Source: an uncultured Desulfospira sp.
GTDB taxonomy: Bacteria; Desulfobacterota; Desulfobacteria; Desulfobacterales; Desulfobacteraceae
Length of the DNA stretch: 64,000 bases
Assembly (NCBI GenBank): GCA_963663165.1
Contig: OY760175.1
Span: 2,624,001 to 2,688,000, forward strand
Direction of reading: 5' to 3'
Numbering within the stretch: position 1 is the stretch's first letter; every line of letters begins with the position of its first letter. Below the pieces are notes generated by a model. The model made no database searches. It was not told the origin of the DNA and worked only from the letters and a program-made list of their open reading frames with translations. The position numbers and the translations under genes are program-made. This document shows positions 1-9,733 of the stretch, in pieces.

Positions 1-137
1 AAACTTCATTTGCCCAATCCCAAGAGTGGCCGTACCTCCGAAGTCGTTTTTATTCCCCAAAAGGTGGCAGACCGGCTGCGTGATTATATTGCCGCTGAAA
101 ATTTTCTGGATGATGAGCGTATTTTCCCTCTGGGGTA
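1..137 (+). pseudogene. Tyrosine recombinase/integrase, upstream part (window-truncated), interrupted by IS
   Basis: Frame 1 reads KLHLPNPKSGRTSEVVFIPQKVADRLRDYIAAENFLDDERIFPLG; removing the IS and one target-site copy joins it in frame to YTRAREIVK...HDLRR at 2620. Confidence 0.8.
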
Positions 138-265
138 GGGTGCAATCCCATTTAGTGGCATGAACTGACATGTATCCAATTTTTCCGTTTTTCATGCTGC
201 ATTGAATACTCTGCCCTCCCAAAAAAAGCTGGACTCCTGGCTCATGAAAGGTTATATAGATTTGC

Positions 266-1138
266 ATGAGCAGGACTTTAACCATTCAAGGACGTGAATT
301 TTCAGAAGTTGATATACAAACGATACGCCATTTGATTAACGACAATCCCGCCTGGCACCGCACTCGTTTATCCAAAGAATTGTGTGCTCGCTGGGATTGG
401 CGCACGGAAAAAGGTCTGCTCAAGGACATGGCCTGTCGAAGCATGCTGAGAAAACTTGAGCAAAAAGGGATGGTCACACTTCCCGTTGCCCGTCATAGCG
501 GTAACCGTCAGCGGCGTATTCCCGATGTCCCCCATGATTGTAAGCCGATAGAAACCACTTTGCGTAAGATCCGCCCGATACAATTGATACCGGTATCGGG
601 CCGTGGAGATATTGATGATTTATTCCATTGCCTTATGGATCGATATCATTACCTTGGGTGTAAAGGGTATGTCGGAGAACATATGAAGTATATGGCTTTT
701 GATCGCAATTCTCGTCCGGTTGCCTGCCTGCTTTTTGGCTCAGCAGCATGGAAAACGGCCCCTCGTGACCGATTCATCGGTTGGGATAGGTCGGCTCGTC
801 GCAGGAACCTGCATATGACGACCAACAATACCCGATTTTTGATTTTGCCATGGATTCGAATTCCCCATCTTGCCAGTCATATTCTGGGTTCATGTCTTAG
901 GCGGCTGAGCCGGGACTGGACAGCTAAATATGGTCACGATATCTGTCTGGTAGAAACTTTCGTGGATCGATCACGCTTTGCCGGAACTTGCTACCAGGCG
1001 GCAAATTGGCAAAAAATTGGTCAAAGCAAAGGGCGAAGCCGTCAAGACAGGCACCACAGACTTCAGGTGCCGATAAAAGACATCTATGTATACCCGTTGA
1101 CTTCCAATTATAAAAAGCAGCTATGCACACAAACTTGA
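266..1138 (+). CDS. DUF4338 (DruA-like) domain protein, IS passenger
   Basis: 290 aa; RTRLSKELC..WDWR, YHYLG, NNTRFLILPW, LASHIL, ETFVD, GTCYQAANW motifs. Confidence 0.8.
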   Translation: MSRTLTIQGREFSEVDIQTIRHLINDNPAWHRTRLSKELCARWDWRTEKGLLKDMACRSMLRKLEQKGMVTLPVARHSGNRQRRIPDVPHDCKPIETTLRKIRPIQLIPVSGRGDIDDLFHCLMDRYHYLGCKGYVGEHMKYMAFDRNSRPVACLLFGSAAWKTAPRDRFIGWDRSARRRNLHMTTNNTRFLILPWIRIPHLASHILGSCLRRLSRDWTAKYGHDICLVETFVDRSRFAGTCYQAANWQKIGQSKGRSRQDRHHRLQVPIKDIYVYPLTSNYKKQLCTQT

Positions 1139-1195
1139 GGGTTTCAGTCATCGAAATGACAGGTAATTTTTCAACCTGCAATTCGAGGACTGATC

Positions 1196-2596
1196 ATGAA
1201 ACTTGCTTCCACTATAAGGGATATTCGAACCCTTCTAACAAAAGCCGTAGCTGATTTCCAAAACCATCAAAATGCTAATATCCTGTGTGAGCAGGTACGG
1301 AACGGCCTCTTCATTATTGTGGAAGCATTTCTGGTTCCCGTCATTGAAAAGGCACTGTCTGACCCGGATCTTTTATCTGAACTGAAAATTGGTGCCGGTA
1401 AAAAGGGACTGCGTTTCAACGGATACCGCCCCAGCAGCATTCGATTATTGACAGGAACTACCCTGAGCATCCGATCCCCTTACTTTTCAAAAGTTGTTTC
1501 CAAACAACGGCCAGGCCCTAAAACAAAAAAACGACAAAAGGGGACAGGCCGCCATTTTGGGCTTGATTACCTTGGTTTTATCGGCAGGTGTTCAACGCTG
1601 TTCGCTTCGTCGGTGGTCCATGCAGCATTGCTCTGCCCCTCTTTTGAAATTGCCCGAAGATCCCTGGAAAACCATGCAATCAACTTAAATGTCAAAACCA
1701 TACGCCGCATAACAATGAATCTTGCACAGGAAGCTATGCCCCTGCGTGGCCGGGTATCTTTTGGAGATACTGATCGCGTTGGTGGCAAAACGGTTCTGGT
1801 TTGTATCGACGGCGGTCGCCTTCGAGAACGGAGGCCAAAACGGGGACGTAAATCAAAAGGCCAAAAGCGGCAGGGATATCATACTGAATGGAAAGAACCC
1901 ATTCAGTTTGTCATACATATTGTCGATCCGGACGGCACAATATCCAAAAAACACTTGCCGGTTTATGATGCCACAATGGGCGGTATTGATGCCGCTTTTG
2001 ATATTCTTGAGATCTACTTGCGTGAATTAGATATTCCCAAAGCCAAGCGTGTTGTTTTCTGCTGTGACGGTGCACGTAGCTATTGGAAGCGAACAGGCCC
2101 GCTGGCCAAACGGCTTGAAATCGAATCCTATTATGAGGTAATCGACTACACCCATGCAAAACAGAATTTACATGAAATCGTGGACAAATTGCCAAAGAGA
2201 ATCCCTATAAAAGAAAGAAACCGGATAGCAGAATCTTGGAAGAACCTCCTTTGGGATGGCAGATTCAAAGACCTTAGAAAAGAAATTGTAAAACACATTA
2301 CGTACCCTAAAAGGCGCATAGAAGCACTATCCAAATTTAAAAGTTACTTCGTGAAAAATCGAAACAGAATGCAGTATCGCCAGTTCCGCAGCCTGAAAAT
2401 ACCTACTGGCAGCGGCTGTGTTGAAAGTGCAATACGTCGGGTTATAAATCTCAGAATGAAATCACCGGGTATATTCTGGAAACCGGAAACATCCGAATCA
2501 ATGTTGTTCTTAAGGAGTCAGCTCCTTTCCGGGAGGTGGAACATCTTGACTGACAATATCTTCATACAAATTCGGTCACTTTGCTTAGGCCACTAA
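1196..2596 (+). CDS. DDE transposase, ISKra4/ISLre2 (IS256-related) type
   Basis: 466 aa; CIDGG, CCDGA, IDYTHA and PTGSGCVESA motifs; lies inside the IRs. Confidence 0.82.
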   Translation: MKLASTIRDIRTLLTKAVADFQNHQNANILCEQVRNGLFIIVEAFLVPVIEKALSDPDLLSELKIGAGKKGLRFNGYRPSSIRLLTGTTLSIRSPYFSKVVSKQRPGPKTKKRQKGTGRHFGLDYLGFIGRCSTLFASSVVHAALLCPSFEIARRSLENHAINLNVKTIRRITMNLAQEAMPLRGRVSFGDTDRVGGKTVLVCIDGGRLRERRPKRGRKSKGQKRQGYHTEWKEPIQFVIHIVDPDGTISKKHLPVYDATMGGIDAAFDILEIYLRELDIPKAKRVVFCCDGARSYWKRTGPLAKRLEIESYYEVIDYTHAKQNLHEIVDKLPKRIPIKERNRIAESWKNLLWDGRFKDLRKEIVKHITYPKRRIEALSKFKSYFVKNRNRMQYRQFRSLKIPTGSGCVESAIRRVINLRMKSPGIFWKPETSESMLFLRSQLLSGRWNILTDNIFIQIRSLCLGH

Positions 2597-2610
2597 ATGG
2601 GAATGCACCC

Positions 2611-2848
2611 TCTGGGGTATACCCGGGCCAGGGAGATCGTTAAAAGCGCCGGCAAAAAAATCGGAATTGATGTAAAGCCACATGATCTCAGACGGCATGC
2701 AGCCACTTATGCCAGCCGATCAGGCGTTCCTATTGAAATCGTTTCAAAAATCATCCTTCGTCACTCAAACCTGTCCACCACCCAGAGGTATCTTGGAAAA
2801 ATCAGCGACACCGAGGCCATGTATTGGATTGAGAATATTTACCGGTAA
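2611..2848 (+). pseudogene. Tyrosine recombinase C-terminal part
   Basis: PHDLRRHAAT, LRHSNLSTTQRY (H-x-x-R, H and catalytic Y); continuation of 1..137. Confidence 0.85.
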
Positions 2849-2856
2849 AAATCGAA

Positions 2857-2881
2857 GGGGATTGGGATGATCCTAATCCCC
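2857..2881 (+). terminator. Stem-loop downstream of the integrase
   Basis: GGGGATTGGGA-TGA-TCCTAATCCCC; no U-tract. Confidence 0.35.
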
Positions 2882-3097
2882 AACAATAGAAACGCCAGTG
2901 CTCATGGGGTTTTTCGGAGCAATAGAGTTTTTTTATAGACATATTGTGAGGGAATCAATCCCTGAAATACCCCCTAAATTGTTAGCAATTCAAATGATTT
3001 CTTTGATAACTCTCAACCCTAAAGACTCATTGGATTGATACTTATTTCTGAGATTACAATATCGCAACAATTCCTTTTAGTCACAAATTAGACTAAA

Positions 3098-5458
3098 CTA
3101 CGACTTTATTTTCTTTGCCATCCTTTTAAGATATTTCTGCTTTCTTTTACCGAACAGCTCTATCTGTTTTTCCATCTCCTTTAATCGATCTTCTTTTTCT
3201 TGGTTTTCGGCATACATATCTTGATAATTATCAATTAAGGCCTTAACTGATGGAATGAACTTATATCCTTTATTTTCAAGTTCTTTACTCGTTTCGATAA
3301 AAGATTCCATCAGCTCATTCTTGCTCCTTAAATCATCCTCGGCATTTTCTTCGTATTTACCGTTTGACTCAAATAATTTGCTTGTGAAGACATCGGCTAA
3401 TTCATATTTTAACCTTGTGAGATTATAGCCTCTTAGATCTACCCCAATTCCAACTAATTTTTCAATAGATTCCCAATTCTGAGTAACTACAAAACTTAAG
3501 AAAGGATTCTCAAATAGATTTTTAATTTCATCGTAAGATAAATCAAAAGGAGCAACTCTCTCAATTAGCGAGATAATATTTAAAGGCCTGATATAAAATG
3601 GTTCAAAAATCCCCAGCTCTTTAGCACATTTTAGTACTCTTGATGAAGTAGTTAAAACGTAATATTTATACTTAAGTGTGTCAATTGCCTTTCTATTTTC
3701 TTTACGATTTTCGTGCAAATAATTCATATACATTCTGGAATCAATTTTTGCTATCTCACGATTCTCTTCTTCATCTCTGTATGATCCCTTGAATGTGTTT
3801 TTTGTTAATTCAAAAACTCTTTCTTGTAGCTGTTCAAAGTAATAATATTCGTTTTCTTCAAGTTCAAGATCAGCTAATTCTATAAAGATAATTTTTGAAC
3901 ATATTTCATTTTTTATTAAATCAATAAAATATTCAATTGGTTGTTTCGGGTGATAATAATTTTGAATATAATTATCGAAATTCGGACTAATTTTATTATT
4001 TAAAATACCGTTAAAATAGCCTTTTGCAAATATGTTCCCAACTTGCTCTTCAAGAATAATAGGGTCTATCACATCGGATTTCGTTCTGAAATAATTATAA
4101 TTTCGGTAAGAATATTTGGCGTGTTGTGAGACTTCATGTAAAACTTGGATTGGAATAATGATTTTCGCATTGTATTTGATTAACTCTGATATGATCCGTC
4201 TATAAACGCTACATTCAGTGTTCTCCGAAACTATGAGATTTAAAACGAAATCAGTATCAATTATGAATTCTTTTTCCGCAAACTGTTTACCTTGGAAATT
4301 ATTCTGCTTAGGGTCTAATTTCAGAACTTGAGCTCCAACATACGTCTTGCACCATGAAATCAAAGTAGCCTCTTGGTCTATCGTCGGACTCTTTAAAATT
4401 TCACCTACACAATATATCAGCACTTCAGATTCCTCTTCAGGAAGCCCTTGTTTTAACTTGGATATCAAACTCATAGAAGTGTCATAGTCATTGTGTATAT
4501 TTTCAATATCAAAACTTTTTTCTAAAGCATACAGTTTAAAATAATCCGTTATTCCTTCTTCTGAGTTCTTAACAATTTGTCTTTTAGACGAGTTAGAAAG
4601 ATCTCTTTCGAGAATTAATTGAATTTTAAAAATAATATCATCAAACAATGCTGATTTTTCAGACAATGTTTTTGCACTCGCTTCTTCAATGGCCATGCTC
4701 TTTTTGTCTGAAATATAAAAACCTCCATTTTTTTCTATAAGATTTCCTAACTTGGCCTGTCTTGTTAAAGAGCATTCAATTTTTCTTCGGTTAATCGCTG
4801 CTTGAATTTGATTTTTAATTTCATCTTGTAGAATCGGAGCATCACAACCAGGATTCGAATAAACAAAATATAAAATTAGCGTATCAAAGATCTTTTTATT
4901 CGAATCAAAAAAGGCGTCACTCTGAGTTAGTGCAATAGAAATTTTCGCCAATGATTTTTCATAGTTTTGATTTTTGTCATCAGTTGATTCTTGCTTGCTG
5001 AACAAATCTGAGTTTAATTGTTTCCGTATATCTGGAAAGTATCTATTAAGAAAAGATGGATTAGCCCCTAATCGAGATTTAAAAACCTGTCTTTCATAAA
5101 TTTCCAATTTGGGTCTTATGCCATGTTTTTTTCTGAAATTTGTTTTTACCTCTTCCTTGTTATTCACTCTTTCAAGGGTAACAATTATCAATTCATCGCA
5201 TTTTTTTCCCGTTTCCTTAATCCTGTTATATGTTGACGAGATTTTAGATTTTACATTTTGTTGCAATGAATACTGGAAAATTATATTATATTCAGATTGC
5301 TCGTAGTATTTTACTAATCCAGCATCTACACCACCATCTTTGATTCCTCCTGCTGGTATTAAATTATTATACCCTTCTTGGATCATTATTTCGTTTGCCA
5401 AGTCCTCAAATTTATTAAAATCGGTGTAATTGGTTAGAATAATTTCGATAATATCCAT
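3098..5458 (-). CDS. Large AT-rich protein: N-terminal restriction-endonuclease-like domain and PIN-like C-terminal region; candidate defence protein
   Basis: 786 aa; FEDLA...DGGVDA...FQYS at the N-terminus; FIIDTDFV...IIIPIQVLHEV...IDS...VLTTS PIN-like pattern; far more AT-rich than its neighbours. Confidence 0.6.
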   Translation of the reverse strand: MDIIEIILTNYTDFNKFEDLANEIMIQEGYNNLIPAGGIKDGGVDAGLVKYYEQSEYNIIFQYSLQQNVKSKISSTYNRIKETGKKCDELIIVTLERVNNKEEVKTNFRKKHGIRPKLEIYERQVFKSRLGANPSFLNRYFPDIRKQLNSDLFSKQESTDDKNQNYEKSLAKISIALTQSDAFFDSNKKIFDTLILYFVYSNPGCDAPILQDEIKNQIQAAINRRKIECSLTRQAKLGNLIEKNGGFYISDKKSMAIEEASAKTLSEKSALFDDIIFKIQLILERDLSNSSKRQIVKNSEEGITDYFKLYALEKSFDIENIHNDYDTSMSLISKLKQGLPEEESEVLIYCVGEILKSPTIDQEATLISWCKTYVGAQVLKLDPKQNNFQGKQFAEKEFIIDTDFVLNLIVSENTECSVYRRIISELIKYNAKIIIPIQVLHEVSQHAKYSYRNYNYFRTKSDVIDPIILEEQVGNIFAKGYFNGILNNKISPNFDNYIQNYYHPKQPIEYFIDLIKNEICSKIIFIELADLELEENEYYYFEQLQERVFELTKNTFKGSYRDEEENREIAKIDSRMYMNYLHENRKENRKAIDTLKYKYYVLTTSSRVLKCAKELGIFEPFYIRPLNIISLIERVAPFDLSYDEIKNLFENPFLSFVVTQNWESIEKLVGIGVDLRGYNLTRLKYELADVFTSKLFESNGKYEENAEDDLRSKNELMESFIETSKELENKGYKFIPSVKALIDNYQDMYAENQEKEDRLKEMEKQIELFGKRKQKYLKRMAKKIKS

Positions 5459-6176
5459 TTGAGATGGTTCCCTTATGAATTAGGTTATAGAAAAATCCCT
5501 TTGAATTTATGATCCACAGTACTTTAGCTTCGTCCATTTTTCAAATACTAATTCTGATGACTTTCCAAATGATCGTATTTTGAGATGATAGATACGATGG
5601 GGATGGGTAATGCCAATACCAGCAATCATGGTATAAGTCCCCTGATCCCCAATTTGAATTCAGATACCATATCTGGTAGTCCGATTCAAATCTCCAGATT
5701 ACATTTTATATATTAAACGCCTGCCTCTGCAGGAAGCACTCAAAAATCAGACAAAATACCGGTAAAGCCTATCCCTGAATCGCATGTGAGTATGTCGGGG
5801 TCACATGTTTACATACTCAAGCCCCCCTGTCATGATAAAGCAGTGTTCCATGACGGAAGGACTCAAAGCGGATGGCTGACAAAAGAGCATGGGAGATACT
5901 TGACAGTGCGCCTGCCCTGACGTTATACAATTCCATCAGATGAATAAATTATCAATATATGATAAGTATGGCAGCCAAAGACAGGCTAATTGTTGAAATT
6001 GACATTTCAAAGCCCTTTTCAAATGTAATTTCTCAGTTATCAGACATAATCAAAGACAACGGATAACATGCGCTTTCACAGTCCGGCCCATGTACCCGGC
6101 GGCAGTTTAAAAAACCAAAGGCTTTCCGGCATTGTGAGTGATAAACCCTCAATGAAAAGCGGTAAGCCCTTAAGAG

Positions 6177-7340
6177 ATGCTTATGAAAGACAAATATGCC
6201 ATTGTGGGAATTGGAATGACGGAACAGGGGGTTGTTCCGGACAGGACAACCCTGAGTTTTCATCTTGAGGCCTGTGCCAATGCCATAAAGGATGCCGGCG
6301 TCACCAAAGAGGATATCGACGGTCTTATCTGTTATCGCCAGTTTCAGCCGGCATCGAATGAAGGACCGCTGATGCCTTATTTGCTGGCCCAGCATCTGGG
6401 AATAACCCCGAACTATATGGCCATGGATGCCAACTGCTCCAGGAGTCATCTTTGGAATGCCATCGGCGCGCTTGAAGCCGGCCTTTGCAAATACGTGCTG
6501 ATCTCCTACGGCCACAACGCCTACTCCAGCGACAGCATGCGCCGGTCACTCATAGACCGGGGCGCTGATGATGCGGTCTTTGGCCATTTTGGGGCCGCAG
6601 CAGGTTATGCCATGGCGGCACAAAGGGGGATGCACACCTTTCACACCGGGCCTGAAACCTGGAAACAGATTGCCGTGGGACAGAGGAAATGGGCCAATCT
6701 TAATCCATCGGCCATGATGCATAAAAAAACCATGAGCTTTGATGATTATTACAATGCCAGGTTTGTGGTTGAACCCTTCCGTCTTTTTGACAATTGCCTC
6801 ATGTCAGATGGCGGGCGGGCCATCCTTGTCACTTCGGCGAGGCGGGCCAGGGATTTGAAACACCCCCCGGTACTCATCATGGGAATGGGCCAGCACAACC
6901 TTTCCTGGGACGTTCATCAGGCCACCCACCTGGCCGGCCCCACCGGGGCCAAAAAGGCCGGGGAACAGGCGTTTAAGACAGCCGGTATCACATTAGACGA
7001 CATTGATGCCTGTGAGATTTACGACTGTTTTACCTACACGGTTGAGATCACGTTGCAGGATTATGGTTTTTTCAGGCCGGGCGAGGGGCAAGACTGGTTT
7101 AAAGACGGGACCATTGAGCCTGGCGGCCGCATGCCGGTGAACACCTCGGGTGGACAGCTTTCCGAAGCCTATTACATGGGACTTACGCCAATCTGCGAGG
7201 CCGTAATGCAACTGATGGGGCGCTGCGGGGAACGACAACTGGGCCCAGGGACCCGCACAAAGTCACCGGAAATTATCCTGTGCAGTGACAATGGCGGGAT
7301 TCTCCAGACCCATGCATGCATTATTCTGAGGAAAGAATAG
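6177..7340 (+). CDS. Thiolase-fold protein, SCP2/Ltp2-like (possibly an aldolase)
   Basis: AIVGIG, DGGRA, EIYDCFT and NTSGGQLSEAY motifs; followed by a DUF35 partner gene. Confidence 0.85.
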   Translation: MLMKDKYAIVGIGMTEQGVVPDRTTLSFHLEACANAIKDAGVTKEDIDGLICYRQFQPASNEGPLMPYLLAQHLGITPNYMAMDANCSRSHLWNAIGALEAGLCKYVLISYGHNAYSSDSMRRSLIDRGADDAVFGHFGAAAGYAMAAQRGMHTFHTGPETWKQIAVGQRKWANLNPSAMMHKKTMSFDDYYNARFVVEPFRLFDNCLMSDGGRAILVTSARRARDLKHPPVLIMGMGQHNLSWDVHQATHLAGPTGAKKAGEQAFKTAGITLDDIDACEIYDCFTYTVEITLQDYGFFRPGEGQDWFKDGTIEPGGRMPVNTSGGQLSEAYYMGLTPICEAVMQLMGRCGERQLGPGTRTKSPEIILCSDNGGILQTHACIILRKE

Positions 7341-7754
7341 ATGAACGATTATAAAAAGCCCCTTCCAAAGGTAAACGGCGACACCAGAGAATTCTGGAAT
7401 GCCTGCTGGCAGCACCAGCTGAAATTTCAGAAGTGTTCAAATTGCGGCCATATCCGTTGGCCCGCATCTATCTTATGTCCCCAATGCCACAGTGCTGAAA
7501 CCCAGTGGATCGTGTCCAAAGGATGCGGGCAGGTTTATACATTTGTGGTCTACCATGTGGCCTATCTGCCGGAATTCAAGGCTGACCTTCCATATGTGGT
7601 GGCCAGTGTCGAACTCGATGAAGGGCCCCGCATGCTCACCAATATTGTGGACTGCTCTCCGGATCAGGTTTTCTGCGGAATGCCGGTAAAGGTGAAATGG
7701 GACGACATTACCGAAGAATTCAGCCTGCCCAAATTCAAACCGCAGAAAATTTAA
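7341..7754 (+). CDS. Zn-ribbon/OB-fold (DUF35) protein
   Basis: CxxC..CPxC, PYVVASVELDEGPRM; abuts the thiolase stop codon. Confidence 0.9.
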   Translation: MNDYKKPLPKVNGDTREFWNACWQHQLKFQKCSNCGHIRWPASILCPQCHSAETQWIVSKGCGQVYTFVVYHVAYLPEFKADLPYVVASVELDEGPRMLTNIVDCSPDQVFCGMPVKVKWDDITEEFSLPKFKPQKI

Positions 7755-7856
7755 GAAAAGACATATCTGAAGATATCTGAATTCAAATTTCGACCCCGGT
7801 CAGGAAAATCAAGGATCAGTTTATACCATTTTTAACGCAACGGCAGGGCGTGTACA

Positions 7857-8777
7857 CTATTTTTCTTTTTCCACAAGCCCTTTGACAAACCAGCGCTGCA
7901 TAAAGAGGACCACAAGGACCGGGGGCAGCATGACCAGCAGGGCCGCGCCAAGGGCGATGTTCCACTCGGGCAGGTCATCGGCCTGGGGGATGAGGTTCTG
8001 CAGCCCGATGACCGCCGTGGTCATCTTGGGATTGGTGGTGATCAGCAACGGCCACAGGTACTGGTTATAGCCGTAGACAAACTCAATGACCACCAGGGCC
8101 GCGATGTTGGTCTTTGACAGAGGAAAGAGAATTTTCCTGAAAAAGGTCATGGGAGAGGCACCGTCGATTTTGGCGGCCTCGCACAACTCCTCGGGAATGG
8201 TTAAAAAAAACTGACGGAAGAGAAAGGTGCAGGTGGCTGAGGCGATCAGGGGCAGGATCAGGCCGGTATAGCTGTCCAGAAGGCTCCAGTTCAAGGTCAC
8301 TGACACATCGTTTTGCGCAAAAAAGGTGACCAGCCCGTCCAGGTGCAGCAGGTCCCACAGGGACTGCAGCGGGCTTAAGACATTGGCCGCCATCTCATAG
8401 GTCGGCAGAATCCGGACCTCCACGGGCAGCATCAGGGTGCAGAACACCGATGCAAAGGCCACCACCCTGAGCCGGTAGTCAAAATAGACAATGGAAAAGG
8501 CCCCGATCATGGAGACACAGATTTTGCCAACGGTAATGCCCGTGGCCATGACAAAGGAGTTTAAAATCTGGGTCCCTAAATCCCCCCGGCCCCAGGCCTC
8601 GGCCATGTTGACCCAGAACTGATCCCCGGGAATAAGGGGCATGGGCACCTTGGAGACCTCCTCTAAGGGGAGGGTCGCCGCAATCAGGCTGTAGATAATG
8701 GGAAAGCCCACAATAAAAATTCCCACGATCAAGAAGGCGTAGGTAAAAAAGTCAAGAAACGGTGTTTTTTCAACCAT
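7857..8777 (-). CDS. ugpE: Glycerol-3-phosphate-type ABC permease
   Basis: TLMLPVEVRILPT, EAAKIDGA, YNQYLWPLL. Confidence 0.85.
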   Translation of the reverse strand: MVEKTPFLDFFTYAFLIVGIFIVGFPIIYSLIAATLPLEEVSKVPMPLIPGDQFWVNMAEAWGRGDLGTQILNSFVMATGITVGKICVSMIGAFSIVYFDYRLRVVAFASVFCTLMLPVEVRILPTYEMAANVLSPLQSLWDLLHLDGLVTFFAQNDVSVTLNWSLLDSYTGLILPLIASATCTFLFRQFFLTIPEELCEAAKIDGASPMTFFRKILFPLSKTNIAALVVIEFVYGYNQYLWPLLITTNPKMTTAVIGLQNLIPQADDLPEWNIALGAALLVMLPPVLVVLFMQRWFVKGLVEKEK

Positions 8778-8782
8778 GATAT

Positions 8783-9673
8783 TTATCCACTGTATTGTAC
8801 TTTCTTTTCAACGAACCGGAACTGCAGGAAGGTGATAATGATGATCAAAGACATCAGCACCACGGACTGGGCAGATGAAGAGCCTAAGTTCAATCCCACG
8901 AACCCGTCCTGGTAGACCTTATAGACCAGAATATTGGTGGAACCGCCCGGCCCGCCCTGGGTGACGGTATGGATAATGCCGAAGGTCTCGAAAAAGGAAT
9001 ATATGATATTCATGACCATGAGAAAGAAAAAAGTCGGTGACAGCAGCGGCAGGGTAATGGTCCAGAACCTTCTGAACGGGTTTGCCCCGTCAATGGCGGC
9101 CGCCTCGATCAGGGATTTGGGGATGGCCTGCATGCCGGCCACAAAGAATACAAAATTATAGCTGATCTCTTTCCAGGCGCTGGCCATGACGATCATGACC
9201 ATGGCATCTGTCCCGTAAAGGACCGGGTTCCAGTCAAATCCGAATACCTCTTTGATGGCAATGGCCACAACCCCGTAGGACGGATGGAGTAAAAAAAGCC
9301 ACATAATGCCGGAAATGGCCGGAGCAACGGCATAGGGCCAGATGAGCATGGTCCTCACCAGAGCCTTGGCCTTGAGGGCCCGGTTGGCCATGGCCGCGAT
9401 AAACAGCCCCAAAGAGATGGAGACCGTTGCCGTGGCCAGGCTGAAGACAAAGGTAATCAGGATGGACTTCAGATACAGCGGGTCTGATAACAGCTCAACA
9501 TAATTGTGGAACCAGACAAACTTGGACCGCCGGCCAAAGGGATCACTCAATAAAAAAGACTGGCAGATACCCTGAATCGCCGGCCAGTAAAAAAAAGTCA
9601 GGGTGACGATGATCTGGGGCAGAATCAGCAGGTAAGGCAGATATCTGGATTTGAAATGGGCTCGTTTGATCAT
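8783..9673 (-). CDS. ugpA: Glycerol-3-phosphate-type ABC permease
   Basis: IWPYAVAPA, EAAAIDGA, LVYKVYQDGF, SSAQSVVLM. Confidence 0.85.
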   Translation of the reverse strand: MIKRAHFKSRYLPYLLILPQIIVTLTFFYWPAIQGICQSFLLSDPFGRRSKFVWFHNYVELLSDPLYLKSILITFVFSLATATVSISLGLFIAAMANRALKAKALVRTMLIWPYAVAPAISGIMWLFLLHPSYGVVAIAIKEVFGFDWNPVLYGTDAMVMIVMASAWKEISYNFVFFVAGMQAIPKSLIEAAAIDGANPFRRFWTITLPLLSPTFFFLMVMNIIYSFFETFGIIHTVTQGGPGGSTNILVYKVYQDGFVGLNLGSSSAQSVVLMSLIIIITFLQFRFVEKKVQYSG

Positions 9674-9687
9674 GATTGATAAACAAA

Positions 9688-9710
9688 GAGCCGGGCGGGC
9701 CGCCCGGCTC
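9688..9710 (-). terminator. Intercistronic GC-rich stem-loop between ugpB and ugpA
   Basis: GAGCCGGGCG-GGC-CGCCCGGCTC perfect 10-bp stem. Confidence 0.5.
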
Positions 9711-9733
9711 CATGCCGTTTCATATTTAAAGGG

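Larger units (their letters stand above)
138..2610 (+). mobile_element. Two-gene insertion sequence (ISKra4/ISLre2-like) carrying a DUF4338 gene
   Basis: IRL GGGTGCAATCCCATTTAGTGGC (138-159) and IRR (2589-2610) match 21/22; 9-bp target duplication TCTGGGGTA at 129-137 and 2611-2619. Confidence 0.92.

Noticed and set aside
266..1138. Druantia defence system
   Set aside because: Only a DUF4338 domain inside an IS; no DruE-like helicase or other dru genes
2597..2610. ORF-track start MGMHP for a small integrase
   Set aside because: The start lies inside the IS right IR; the ORF is the tail of the interrupted gene
5461..6170. Possible small ORFs or ncRNA between the candidate defence gene and the thiolase
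   Set aside because: No motif or structure I can support
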